Assembly (NCBI GenBank): GCA_951406725.2
Contig: OX597828.1
Location: 7,378,001-7,442,000, forward strand
DNA length: 64,000 nucleotides
From: Octopus vulgaris
Lineage: Eukaryota
Direction: 5' to 3'
Below the pieces are notes generated by a model. That model made no database searches, was not told the DNA's origin, and saw only the letters and a program-made list of their open reading frames with translations. This document shows positions 1-13,807 of this stretch, in pieces. Position 1 is the stretch's first letter. The number at the start of each line of letters is the position of its first letter. The position numbers and the translations under genes were made by a program.

Positions 1-224
1 AAAGTACTCATGATAATGCAAAGCGTTTCGTTGATAAAAAGCACAACATGGCGTTTCGAGGTAAACACATCGGTGTATATGTATTGACAGTAGTCTGTCA
101 TTTTATCTCTCTCTCTCCCTCTCTACCCCCCTTTATACACATGTACGTTTGAATGTTTGTGCGCTTGAGTGTATGCGCATGTACGTATGCATCGTATATG
201 CGGTTGAGAATGTGCTCAATATAT

Positions 225-299
<75 letters not shown>

Positions 300-302
<3 letters not shown>

Positions 303-598
303 GAGGCGCAATGGCCTAGTGTTTAGGGCAGCGGACTCGCGGTCGCAGGATCGCGGTTTCGATTCCCAGAACGGGCGTTGTGAGTGCTTATTGAGCGAAA
401 ACACCTAAAAGCTCCACGAGGCTCCGGCAGGGGGTGGTGATCCCTGCTGTACTCTTTCATCACTCTTTCTCCCACTCTTTCTTCTGTTGGCCAGCTCGCT
501 TAGCCAGAGGGGTGGCGTCATTCGAAGGCTAAAACAATGCGAACGCATTGTGACCAGCGATGTGTAACAACATCTGATGGTCTGGTCGGTCACATGAT

Positions 599-605
<7 letters not shown>
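300..605 (+). mobile_element. tRNA-derived SINE, family A, full length
   Basis: Head GTGGAGGCGCAATGGCCTAGTG..GGTTTCGATTCCC has A/B-box-like motifs. The same head and body recur inverted at 9137-9389; the body recurs at 63810-64000. Flanked by (TA)n. Confidence 0.85.
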
Positions 606-646
<41 letters not shown>

Positions 647-662
647 AGCATGTGCTCAATAT

Positions 663-693
<31 letters not shown>

Positions 694-1615
694 ATATGTA
701 TATATATGTATATATATATATATATATATTTATATACACACACACACACAAGCACATAGTTCAATATGACATGTGTATAAGTACATATTTAAATGAATAT
801 CTATGTCTATATATATATATATTATATAGCATATATATATGTATATCATATATATATATATATATATATATATACGCATACACACACACGCACATATAGA
901 TATATATATGACCATGCGTGCGTGAGCGTGTATGAGCGTGTGCGTACGTATATATGTACATGCACACACACACACACACACCACATGCACACACACACAC
1001 GCACGCACGCACGCACAAATATATGCATCTGTCCTACCGATTGTATCCAAAAGTAAGAACACCGCCTTAGGGGCCGATACAGCTGGAAATGGGAGACGTC
1101 TCTGGTGTTTCTGTAAAGATGCAAAGGGTCGGAAGTGTCACCGCGAGGCATCTCGTCCAGCACTGTAACAGTTCCCCTAATCCATCGCCTTGGATTGGGG
1201 CTTTGTTAATGACCCCGAAAAGATGAAAGGGGAATTTGACTTTCAGCCGCGGAAAGAAAGAATTTAAACAAATGCTGCAAGGCTTTCGAGACATTTGTCT
1301 ACGACTCTATCAGTTCACCACCTCTCTCACCCTCTCTCTCTCTCTATTCATATATATATATATATACATGAATATATGAATATATATATATATTTGTGTG
1401 TGTATAAACATATATATATATGTGAATAAGCACGCACGTACAGACCTTATATATAAAGTGAATTCGATATGTATATTTACACACAAACACACACACACAT
1501 CTATATGCATGTATGTATGCATGTCTCTCTCCTTCCCCTCTCTCTCTCTCTCTTTCTCTTTCTCTCTATCACTTCTTCCCTCCCTCTCTATCTCTCTCTC
1601 TTTATAAATATATAC

Positions 1616-1653
<38 letters not shown>

Positions 1654-2061
1654 ATAAACATACGTATATTATACCCAGTTTGCCTTAATATATATGTGGT
1701 GCTTATACTACAAGAAAGAAAAAAAACAGGCCTCGCCCTTTGCAGATAACAACTGAAGAATAGAAACAGGAAAGACCCGAAGTATTCATAAAATTAGGTC
1801 ATTGTGGAATCCCTGTTTCCAGAGTGAATACCTGTAATTATAATTCTATCCTACTTTGAAATATAAGCAGGAATGTAACGCAAAGGTATGATCCTTGATA
1901 AGTATCAGAAAACCCTACTCAACTCCATTGAGTACTAAACTAGATATTGTTTGAAATAATATGTATACATTTGTTACGAGGCTTTCTGGGGGTCGATTTA
2001 TTCGACAAATTCTTCATGGCCTCAGTTAAAAGACTGATACATGTAAAGGAATATATATATA

Positions 2062-2289
2062 TATTTTATTGCCCACAAGGAGCTAAACACAGAGAGGACA
2101 AACAAGGACAGACAAAGGGATTAAGTCGATTACATCGACCCCAGTGCGTAACTGGTACTTAATTTATCGACCCCGAAAGGATGAAAGGCAAAGTCGACCT
2201 CGGCGGAATTTGAACTCAGAACGTAATGGCAGACGAAATACCGCTAAGCATTTCGCCCGGCGCGCTAACGTTTCTGCCTGCTCGCCGCC
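2062..2289 (-). mobile_element. tRNA-derived SINE, family D monomer
   Basis: Minus strand reads GGCGGCGAGC..GCAGAAACGTTAG..GAGTTCAAATTCCGCCGAGGTCGACTTTGCCTTTCATCCTTTCGGGGTCGATAAA; more than 15 related copies in the window. Confidence 0.9.
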
Positions 2290-2343
2290 ATATAACTATG
2301 CATGTTTGAGGGTGTGTGCGTGTCTCTGCTTGAGAGTGTGTAT

Positions 2344-2383
<40 letters not shown>

Positions 2384-2615
2384 TTGTGAGTTTATTTTGA
2401 CGTCACTCGATTGAAATACCAATATCCCGTATCTTAGGATCTTTGCCACATGTGTACTCTGTACGTGAACGTGCAAACGCACGCGCACACATCCACACGC
2501 ACGCACGCATACACTCACTCACACCCCTACACACAGGTAACATAGACAGATACACACATAGACTCAGACACCATCCTATCGTCCCATTTCAACGTACATA
2601 ATCTTCATAATCGTA

Positions 2616-2643
2616 TGATGACGACGACGACGCCAACGACGAC

Positions 2644-2685
<42 letters not shown>

Positions 2686-2762
2686 CATGATGATGATCAT
2701 GATGATGATCATGATGATGATCATGATGATGATGATGATGTGATGATGAGGCGATGATGATG
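2616..2762. repeat. (GAT)n/(GAC)n microsatellite
   Basis: Read directly from the sequence. Confidence 0.95.
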
Positions 2763-2992
2763 GCGGTAGCAATGACACTGTCAGTTGGGAATTAGGTTCG
2801 GCATTTCATTGTTCTGAGTTCAAATTCCATTGAGAGACTACTACTTGTCATTCCGACTCACCTGGGATCGATATCTTAAGTCCCAATGAATGCCAAAAGC
2901 AACTGTAAGTTTGATATGTCATTGTTTTTTCGCTTTTTGCTATATTTATTATCTTCCGACCTTTCTTTCCCTCCTCTCTACTCTCTCCCTCT

Positions 2993-3072
<80 letters not shown>

Positions 3073-3457
3073 GGAGAGAGAGTGTGGGAGAGAGTGAGAT
3101 TGCGAATAGAGATATTAATAATGTCTAGTTAGATATTCGCGTATATTTACCTGCATGCAAAAATGTACCTGCGCATATACGTACGTGTATGTATGTATGT
3201 ATGTATGTATGTATGTATGTATGTATGTATGTATGTATGTATGTGTGTATGTATGTATATATACATGTACACACACACACATATGTACATTCATGTAAAC
3301 AGGCATTTACGTGTGCATATATATATAAGTATGTATGTGTGCATGTATGTATGTATGTACATACTTACGCATGTATGTATACAACAAAGGCATATATACA
3401 TAAATGTATATATGTATATACATACATACATATATACATACTTATATATATATATAT

Positions 3458-3498
<41 letters not shown>

Positions 3499-3501
3499 TA
3501 C

Positions 3502-3556
<55 letters not shown>

Positions 3557-5604
3557 TATATGCATATATATATGTGATAGTGTCTCTACTTATATAAGTG
3601 CCTACCTGGGCATATATGCATATATATATATGTGATGGTGTCTCTACTTATATAAGTGCCTACCTGGGCGTTAGTGTACGAGTGTGTGTGTAGTTAAATG
3701 TGTGCATGCTTGCATGTGTCTTGATAATATATGGAATTGGTTATACATTCTCTACCAGCAGACCTAAATACAAAATAATACTCCGTCTGGACAGATATAT
3801 GAAATATGGCGTCTCAAAGGGGGAAGAAACCAATCCTTTTTACTGATACAACAAACGCATTGATTTATCGCACTTGTTGGAGACAGGTGGAATTCTGATT
3901 GATTAAATCAGCTGGAGACATATTGTGGATGGGCCGCATTGTAGTGTAATATTGCTGATTACAAAACACTATCGTTGTGCTGATTTTCACTAAAAGCTCT
4001 GATTTGGATTTATTTTTCAAGTTTGCTTTACCTCTGAGGTTTGGTTATTCTTTGAGCAAGCTATTGGTAAATTGATTTATAACATGGGTACAAGGTCACG
4101 TATATGGTGTTGTGTGTGGGGATCGTGAAATCGATTAGAGAACTGCAACCATTGTCCTGTTTTCTGTAATATTTTTTTTTCTATTTTTGTTTTGTTTGTG
4201 GGGCGCCCAAAGCCGACAAAAAATGTTTTCAATAAATTCAATTCAAACTTTAGTAAAAGTAAAAAAGTACATAAAACACCACTCGCCCTGTCTGAAATAC
4301 AAACTATCAAATACTAGCTTAAAAGATGCACTTGTACGGACTTTAAAGCTGCCGTGGAGCGCTAATTGGGCCTGTGGCCCAAAACTAAAGAGGTCTATTT
4401 TCCTCTTTAGGGGACAATAAATAAAGCATTTATCGGTACCCTGTCAATATTGTATTACTTTAAATTCAGCTTAAATGAAAAACTTGTATGTTCACAAATT
4501 TCTGGAGTTTTTATAAAATTTGAATTGTTAGCGTATAACAAATCCTCACCCAGACCTGATTCCAATGCTGGATGTTCAAGAACCAAAATGAAAGGCAGAT
4601 GTTCAATCTCGGGATCATCCTGATAGATATAAGAAGTAAAAATAGATTACATAATGTGACTGGGATAAAGAAAAAAAACCCGCATGACTGAATGCAGAAA
4701 TATCATCGTGATTCAAAAAAAAAGGACCTGTAACCCATTTCTAGGCTACATGAGTCTTATAAGTTCTCAGTTATACTTTTTTTATAATCTCCTCTCTGGA
4801 AGGATGAAGAACGCAATTACAAAACGACGATTTATAGACTTATAGCTTACAAAAAATAAACGTAACAAGATAGTATATGGCGTATTCTCTGACGCTATAT
4901 CAAGTCTGTCAGTTATGATGCAAAGTATTACAAAGTTGTAATAAATCATAAGAGGGTATCAGGTGTATTACACGTCCAACATTAGTGTCTTTCTGTTCGT
5001 AAGCTTTCGTGACATGAAAATGTCTAAACAGGCTTAATATACATATTATAAGTTTACATAACATTCAGTGTTATGTAGGTTAATAATATACATAATATAT
5101 GCTTGTTTCAATGTACATTTCTCGAGTGGCTTTCAGTTCAGTCAATTTGCATCACTTTATGTAAATTTATTGCTATTAACGTGTGGCTCTCAACCTTCTA
5201 TATTTCAACAATCCTTTCACATTTCATAGAACGCTCTTTCCCAATGTTTAGTATCAAAAATTGCTCATAATACACTTGTATGCATAGGCAACCTCGCAAT
5301 CAACTTTTGGAAGAAAAAAGGCCACTTACAAAAACACACAGTATACAGACATATAAACAAGCTTAAAAAGATATATATTCAAGTACATGCAAACCTAGAA
5401 GCATATTTACCCGCGTACTGAAATACAGAAACCCACACTAACATAAATATGTTCGAGTATATACTGATTGTTTATATAGACAAATGCACTTATAAAACGT
5501 ATGTCTATGTATATGATATACATATATTATACGTGTATGCACACACACATACACACACACACACATATTTACATATATACATACATCTCTCTCTATCTAT
5601 CTCT

Positions 5605-5696
<92 letters not shown>

Positions 5697-5721
5697 GTAT
5701 ATATATATGTATATATATATA

Positions 5722-5930
5722 GGTTTGTTGAGTTAGAGGTAGAAATATTCTCTAAGGAATAGAAGTATCCATTACACTACTGGTATATTACCTATGTTTA
5801 ACCATGGGTATACATAAATTTTAGGTAAAGACAAGGTTAAAATGGGTTTATCAAGAATGAAAGTTTAAAGAAAACAGAGAATAAAGAAGTATGTTGTTCA
5901 TCAGTACTTCTCCATTTTCTGTTTTCTTTA
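5722..5930. mobile_element. Small fold-back-terminated element between (TA)n and (CA)n, probable Penelope-like pLTR remnant
   Basis: 26-bp inverted repeat 5866-5891/5905-5930 (3 mismatches) whose loop contains CTGATGA on the minus strand. Confidence 0.45.
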
Positions 5931-6293
5931 CACACACACACACATGCACAAAAGGGAGTGTATGGGAGTATGTGTGTTTGCGCGTATGAGTATACGTTCA
6001 TGCAAGTCTTTGTGTTAATGCATCTATAATCACACAAATATACATGCAAGCATTAAACTACCACTCAGCTAATTCACCCTAAGCTTGTAGCTGGGAAGCT
6101 TGTGAATATATGCGTACGTACACACTTACAGTATATAATTTCATTCAAAATTGACAAATAGATAACATCAATGAAAAATGGTACGTACAAGAAATTAACA
6201 AATGAAACGACGACAACCATAAGAAATGTAACTAAATAACGGCCATAAACAATTAGAAACGAAGCATAAGTTAATGTAGGGTGCAGTAAGTCA

Positions 6294-6383
<90 letters not shown>

Positions 6384-6409
6384 ATACATGCTTATGCATA
6401 TGTACATGC

Positions 6410-6530
<121 letters not shown>

Positions 6531-6987
6531 ATCAAATAGGGTAATAACATAAATTATTATTACCAGTGGCCTAGCACAAAAGACAAATTAGTCATTAGAC
6601 AATATATTATTCATATAGAAATATAATAAAAGGCTTCCAAATAAGGAAGCGTAGTGCTAGAGACACAAAAAGGGATAAATTCAAGGAAGGAATGAAAATC
6701 AAAAACATTTACCATTAAAGATATATCCCAGACTGATCAGTTTCTACCTCTTTCTAGTAAACAGACAGAATATATTTGCTAAGGCAAGGTTCGTCAGTAG
6801 GAAGCCTTCTTAATCCTAGATGTACAGAGCGTTAGAGCACGTGTAGATCTAACGGTTTGTATATCTTAACTTTCCAAACCTCCGCGCAGACGCAAAACAT
6901 ACCCGGCGACATAGATTTTAATTTTCATTCCTTCCTTGAATTTATCCCTTTTTGTGTCTCTAGCACTACGCTTCCTTATTTGGAAGC

Positions 6988-6993
<6 letters not shown>
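6531..6993 (-). mobile_element. (TA)n-embedded Penelope-like pLTR element with partial inverted duplication
   Basis: ~75-bp inverted repeat 6625-6700/6917-6993; hammerhead at 6726-6802; (TA)n on both sides. Confidence 0.7.
6726..6802 (-). ncRNA. Type I hammerhead ribozyme
   Basis: UCCUA-CUGACGA-ACCU..AGGU-A-GAAA-C-UGAUCA-GUC-UGGGA: stem I UCCUA/UGGGA, stem II ACCU/AGGU, palindromic stem III. One extra A precedes GAAA. Confidence 0.75.
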
Positions 6994-7062
<69 letters not shown>

Positions 7063-7166
7063 ATATATATATATATATATATACATGTACATACATACAC
7101 AGGTACACATATATCAATCTAGCTAGTGTTATAGATAGCAAATGCATGCATACTCCTATACATACA

Positions 7167-7260
<94 letters not shown>

Positions 7261-7264
<4 letters not shown>

Positions 7265-7470
7265 ATCCAAACAAGAAAACACAAAAAAACAAAAAAACAC
7301 AACAACGCAAGGACGTGGAACAAATAAAGTATTATTGGACGCTCAGGAAAGAAGGGAAGAAGGAGGGTTTAACGTTTCGAGCGGAGCTTTTCGTCGGAAA
7401 CATAGGAGAAGGAAAGATCCCGAGAAGGGAAGACAGAGGAAAAAAAATCGCCAGCGGTACTCACGAGGTC
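7261..7470 (-). mobile_element. Short non-autonomous Penelope-like element with minimal hammerhead (7367-7401)
   Basis: GUUU-CCGACGA-A-AAGC-UCC-GCUC-GAAAC-GUU-AAAC (U4C plus one stem II mismatch). Abuts (TA)n and is related to family E. Confidence 0.6.
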
Positions 7471-7543
7471 AGGGTACCGCACGAGTGGAATTATATACGA
7501 AAGAAGGTTTGAAAATGCAATTTTAAGATGTCTATTTACTTTA

Positions 7544-7609
<66 letters not shown>

Positions 7610-7806
7610 GCATGTACATATAAATTAGCATGTATATAAACATGTATGAATGTATAATTAATTAATCTTTTGTTAATAAATAATTGTAACCCTTACACTG
7701 CTATTCGAAAACTTTGCTAGCCAGACTATTACTTTGGTTTTTACCTATCCTTTAAATTACATTCCCCACACACGCATACACACACACACACACATACATA
7801 CATACA

Positions 7807-7837
<31 letters not shown>

Positions 7838-7887
7838 GTATATATATATATATATATGTGTGTGAGTGTATGTAATTATGTATAACC

Positions 7888-7965
<78 letters not shown>

Positions 7966-9136
7966 ATGTATGTATGTATGTATGTAGAGTTAATATCCAT
8001 AGATAGTGAACCGGAACAATAAACATGTGATGACCAGACAGAACGTACTGCTCTCCAAAAAATACACACGTAAATGTTACAAACCATCGCCGCCTCAAAC
8101 ACTCTTGCCACCACATCGACGAGACCCACCGCTGCCACCAATTCCAAAGCCTTCACCGCTGCCGTGACGAGCAGCACCACCAGCAGCGACAGCAGCACCA
8201 TCACTTCCACAATTATTATTTACCACCAGCATCAAGATATAAACCACGCATCATCCTCTCCACTATAGATGACGGTATGCCATTACTGTCAGCAGCACCG
8301 CATCCAGATAACAGTATGCCACCGCCGCCACCACCACCACCACTACCACCAGCACCAACAACAACAACAACAACAGAAACAACAATGGCTGTAAGTAAAA
8401 TAACAACAAAACAACTGCAACAACTTCTAGAATATAAAGAAGAACATCGAAATCAGCGGAAAATCTACAAAATAAAAATGAAAAAAAAAGCTGCCCTACT
8501 TATATCAATAACATCAATTGCATCCCTTCCACACTCTTCATCCCATTCATAATCTTTGTGATATCACCAGCATCATCATGTCAATCGCCACCGTCGCCAC
8601 CACCACCGCCGCCACCACCATCACCACTGACAAGATCTCCACTACGAACGACTACCACCGACATCATGCAAACAACAATACGAAAAGCTTCGTAACCACC
8701 ACTACTACTAATACTAATACTACAAGACGACCAATGCTGCTGCTGCTACTACTACTGCTACTACTGTCGCAATCATAATTATATTACGGCCAACGAGAGG
8801 TCGTTCAAGTCGTCGCTCGACCTGCTAGAAATAAAAACCAAATCACACCTTACTCTCTTGAAAACGATATCTGATACGTCATAGTCCAATGTAGTTTAGT
8901 TCCAAGATACCTGAGAATTCTGCTACCCTTCCTGTAAAATGTGGCTTTTGCAGGAATGCTATTTATCGTAGGGCTCCTTACACTTATTACCATTGTTCCA
9001 TCAAGCAAGAAAAACCACATATAGGAAACTCGATGTCGTTATTCGATCTGTAGAAATAGCACCCAAACCGTCTTTTAAAATGTGCGGTTTAGGATAGTAA
9101 AAGTCTGTGTTCTCTATTCGTGAAAAAAAACGATAA

Positions 9137-9389
9137 ACGTATGTGTTCCCCCACCCCACCCCAGCTGGACGAGATGCCAGTCCATCGCAGCGTTACTCAA
9201 GAAACAGGAAGAGAGAGAAAGTTGTGGTGAAAGAATACAACAGGGGCCGCCACCAACCTCTGCCGGAGCCTCGTGGAGCTTTTAGGTGTTTTCTCTCAAT
9301 AAACACACACAAAGCCCGGTTTGGGAATCGAAACCGCGATCCTCCAACCGCGAGTTTGCTGCCCTAACCACTGGGCCATTGCGCCTCCA
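9137..9389 (-). mobile_element. Chimeric SINE: family A head/body with family B-type tail
   Basis: Head and body match ~300-485; the remainder matches the B tail (CCAGCTGGACG.GATGCC.GTCCATCGCAGC on +). Confidence 0.8.
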
Positions 9390-9651
9390 TTAAAATAAAT
9401 GCGCCCTTTTAAATCCTAGCCACGCTCATGGGCCCAGTTTCCCGGTTTCAATGGCGTATGTGTTCCCCAGCTGGACGGGATGGACGCTGAGTTCACCGCA
9501 GCGTTACACATTTTTGCCAGCTGAGTGGACTGGAGCAACGTGAAATGAAGTGTTTTGCTCAAGAACACAACGCGTCGCCCGGCCCAGGAATCGAAATCAC
9601 AATCTTACGATCATGATGCTGACACCTAACCACTAAGCCACGCGCCTCCAC
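9390..9651 (-). mobile_element. tRNA-derived SINE, family B
   Basis: Head GTGGAGGCGCGTGGCTTAGTGGTTAG..TTCGATTCC; homologous to 41994-42250 and 48772-49029. Confidence 0.9.
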
Positions 9652-10129
9652 GTTCTCTATTCGTAGTAAAAAAACAAACAAAAAACAAAAAACAAAAATC
9701 ATTTTGATCATAGCTAGAAAGCCTTTCATCATAGGATTTACTCATGGAAGGAAGAGGAGCAAACAACAGCAAAACAATACAGTGAGCAGTTACGAGTTCG
9801 TTTGAATTGCAAGAAATAGCTGTCCATATACGCATTGTATATCATAGTCTTAGTATCCTATCTCTAGCAACAAAACACTGTAAATATGGTTGGAAAGCCG
9901 TGACTACCACGTTGCGTTGTTAAGTATTTTATCAATATTCTGCGCAAACAGGGTTAGATTGATATGGAATTAAGCAACAATATACCCTCCATGTTTTTGC
10001 GTTTTATTTTTTCTGCAGTAGCCATTAGCTAAATCAACAAAGTAAGATTGAATCAAGAGAGATATCTCTACTCAACAGTTATTCTCCGACGAAGTGGTGC
10101 GGAGGAGAAGTTTCCAAACATAGAGATAT

Positions 10130-10540
10130 CCTCCAGTCAACGATGAAGCCTTCAGCCATTTACGTCATCTCTGATTAACAAGAGGAACCTCCAGTGAACT
10201 AGGATGAAACTGCTCAGCGAGGCTTGAGAGAACTAAGGATCAAGTGAGCCATCTAAGTAGTGTAGAACCAACAGAGACTCCGCCAGCCAACTACGAAGTC
10301 ACTTGTGAAACACAAAACCTCCAGCCGGCGAGGGCGCCTATACTTACCCAGAGAATAAGGGAAACAACGGGGAAGCCTTCAGTCAAGAAAGGTATCTTGA
10401 ACCTGCGAGAAGGCTCTCAGCTAACGAGGAAAGATGGGATCGATTAAAGTCTCCAGTCAACTAGGGTAATTTGAAACAGTGAAGAAGACTTTAATCAAAT
10501 AGGGAGTCGCATTGAATTTCTAGGAACCCTTAGCCGAATC
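10130..10540. repeat. Decayed ~19/38-bp tandem repeat
   Basis: Motif CCTCCAGYCAAC(T/G)AGG recurs at ~10130, 10188, 10280, 10318, 10376, 10414, 10450. Confidence 0.55.
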
Positions 10541-10609
10541 TAACACAAGTGTCCTCTAAATTCTTGAAAAAGATTTAATTAGATTAATGTAATAAAAAAT
10601 ACTAAAAGG

Positions 10610-11000
10610 ACCAACACCGGCACCACCATCCCAAACATAGCTACCATCGTAACCACCATCATTGCAACCCCATCCACCACCACCACCACCACCACCACAA
10701 CAACAACAACAACAACAACCAAGATAACTACCACCACAACCACCACCAACAACCACCACCATCACCATATTCACCACCACTGTAGCTTCCATCACCACAA
10801 TAACCACACTCACAATCATCACCACAATAACCACCATCGCTATAACCTCCACCACCGCCATCACCACCACCACCACCACCACCAGCACTACCATCATCAC
10901 TGTCACCGTCACCATAACTACTACCACCACAACCTCCACCACTACCACCACAACCTCCACCACTACAACCTCCGCCACTACCACTACAAACACCACTAGC
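10610..11000. repeat. (CAC/CAA/CAT)n low-complexity tract
   Basis: Read directly; it produces the poly-Val ORF 10556-11017. Confidence 0.9.
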
Positions 11001-11229
11001 GGATGCAGCATTAGCATCCCCTTAACCTACTCAGCGTTACGCCATGTTTCACTGACAGAATGACAAAACTGACGGTCCGAGACAAGATATCATTGAGAGT
11101 TACCTTCTTGCGTCTCTTCCAACGTTTCGGTTGACTGACTTAGATGCCTTTATCAGGTTCCACGTTTCCACAGTAAAACAGAGTCTGACATAAAATCATC
11201 AGCAGAGAATAAAGAATTCAGAATCCCTC

Positions 11230-11230
<1 letters not shown>

Positions 11231-11283
<53 letters not shown>

Positions 11284-11365
11284 TTCTTCTTCTTCTTCTT
11301 CTTCTTCTTCTTCTTCTTCTTCTTCTTCTTCTTCTTCTTCTTCTTCTTCTTCTTCTTCTTCTTCT
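11231..11365. repeat. Compound (CAT)n(CTT)n microsatellite
   Basis: Read directly from the sequence. Confidence 0.95.
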
Positions 11366-12375
11366 CCCTTATTCGCTGAGAAATTCCCAGAACACTTAAC
11401 GCTGTCTGGTTATTATTTAGGAATTCGAAAATCGTGAAGATTGGGTTAGTAAACCCGTATGTAAACCCGTCGGAATAGTCATTTTAGAGGAGAGCATGAC
11501 GGGAGTGACAGAATCACTACAGCCCCAGACCAAATGTTTCATATAGTGTTTAGTTTTATGATACGTGAGTTCAAATCCTGTCTGAGTGGAACTTTCCTTT
11601 ATTCCGTCTGTATCGATAAAATAAAATACAAATCCAGAAATAGAATCGATATAATCCAATATACCTTTCCACAAAAATTTACACCCTTAGAAATTAATAA
11701 CTATTAGGTTTTATCCGTCGCTACGCTGCCGGTAAAGATATTTGTTAATTTTGCATGTACCATCTTTTAATAGTTGACTGTTAAGTAGTGAAAGTCTCGT
11801 TAGTTACTGTGGTGACAACACTTTACATATCTATCTTGCACACGTACGCACGCGCACACATACACACACTCACACACAATGTCAATTTCACTGTATTTCT
11901 CTCTTAATAACGACAACATCAGCAACCTGTGGTTGTAGTGAACGTCTTTCTTTAAAATATGTGTTGCGTAGTCTCTATGTTGAAAGACATACAGAAGCAA
12001 AAAGACACACACAGACACACACACATACACACACAAACACATACATACACACAAACACACACATACAAACAAAAGCAGAACCAAAAAGTAACTATCTCTA
12101 CTGTAATATAGTGAAAGTCTATTTGTTTTTGATGTCTGTGTTGCGTTGTGTTGACAGACTTACACTTAAAATTTCTGCGTATTCAAAGCACTATCAATAT
12201 ATCACACCCACTCAATATCACAATTTTTCTTTCTCAATAGCAACAACATTCTCTCCTCCCCGTTTTTCACAGTACCGCTAATTACGGTGACGTAAGTACA
12301 CCAACATCAATTTTTCAAGCAATAGTCACACACAGACACAGACACACGCGCACACACATCTATCTATCTCTTTAT

Positions 12376-12453
<78 letters not shown>

Positions 12454-12616
12454 AAACCATGTGGCTCTTTTTTGTTACCATCGACCGAATCTATACACAA
12501 CGTTTTAATCGGTTCGAGAGACATGACCTAGCCAGCTACAATGTGGTTGAGAAGGAAATTCCTTAATTCAGACCGCCGTGTTGTTATATATATATACATG
12601 TATATATGTACATACA

Positions 12617-12677
<61 letters not shown>

Positions 12678-13049
12678 ATTCTTGAAAGAGAATCAAAAAG
12701 TAGAAAGTTCGGTGAATCAATGCATAAGTAGAGCTTCAAAGTAATCAATCACACCATTGGCGTTAATGTGAGGCCTTATACCAATTCTTTTACTTGCTTC
12801 ACTCATTAAACTGCAGCTAGAGAAACACTACCGTTTTTCAAGGGGTTTTAGTCAATTGTATCAATAGCTATACTACTTGGCATAAAGGAAGATATTCCCG
12901 TATCCATACGTTTTCTTTCTTCCCTCCTTCCTTCCTTCCTTCCTTCCTTCGTTCTTTGTTTTGTTGGTTTGTTTCTTTCCTTCTTTCGTTCCTGCGTTCT
13001 TTCCTTCTTTCTGTCCTTCTTACTGTGTGTATCCTGTGTTATATATACA

Positions 13050-13452
13050 AACCGAGAGTTATACCAGCCCTCCCCGACCCCGCACTGGACATCACTGTCC
13101 CGTTCCAAAGGTCCCATCCATCTCGTCTAGAGTCAGGACCAAGTTCAACATCATCTTCTGTGGGTGAAGATGTTTTCAAGAAGCAACTTGGCTTTCTCCT
13201 CTCCAAGATACCGAATGAACCTACATTACGGCAGGAACCTCAAAAAGGATCGCAATATGAAACTTCCTTCAATCACAAAACAATCTTCATTAAAAGTGGA
13301 TAATACCGCCGTTGCATCAACCTTTAAGCTGAAACGAAGAAAAGAATTAAAAAAGATTAAAAGAATATATCCTGGAGTCGATTTGTTCGATTAAAACCCT
13401 TCAATGTGGTGTCCCAGCATGGCCGCAATCCAATCACTGAAACAAGTAAAAC
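13050..13452 (+). pseudogene. Old CR1-like LINE 3' fragment followed by a SINE C-type tail
   Basis: VPKVPSISSRVRTK and DVFKKQLGFLLSKIPNEPTLRQE match VPRIP and GFFKTKLDLFLSGVPDEPTSRQE of the 23919-24987 LINE. The tail GGTGTCCCAGCATGGCCGCA follows. Confidence 0.65.
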
Positions 13453-13766
13453 ATGAACAATTAAAAATCGTCATGGTTTACTTTGTGCTATAATTATCCA
13501 GTGTGTCTTTCCCTCTTTCTTATCAGGAGGACGTGATTTGAAGATTTTGCTGCTGTATCTAACTGGTTGAGTGACTGTGTATATGTGTGTGTGTGTGTGC
13601 ATGTTTATACATACACATCTATATGTATGTACGTTATGTATGTATGTATGTATGTATGTATGTATGTAGGGAGGGAGGGAGGGAGGTATCCGTAAGTATA
13701 CGTATTTCTGAAATTTGAGGACGATTTAGTGGCTATTTCTAGCAAGTCGCTCTCTCTTTCTCTCTA

Positions 13767-13807
<41 letters not shown>

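Noticed and set aside
300-375. tRNA genes at SINE heads (also 9580-9651, 23502-23575, 28836-28925, 41756-41830)
   Set aside because: A/B boxes are present, but each runs into a repeated SINE body and lacks a clean cloverleaf.
8074-8778. Pro/Thr-rich ORFs resembling mucin or formin exons
   Set aside because: Decayed CAC/CAA/CTA trinucleotide repeats with stops and frame changes and no convincing splice sites.
10556-11017. 153-aa Val/Gly/Cys-rich ORF
   Set aside because: Antisense reading of (CAC)n low-complexity DNA.
11104-11184. 81-bp minus-strand exon candidate overlapping a CTGATAA..GAAACGTT motif
   Set aside because: Ambiguous between exon, LINE remnant and dead hammerhead; none has enough support.
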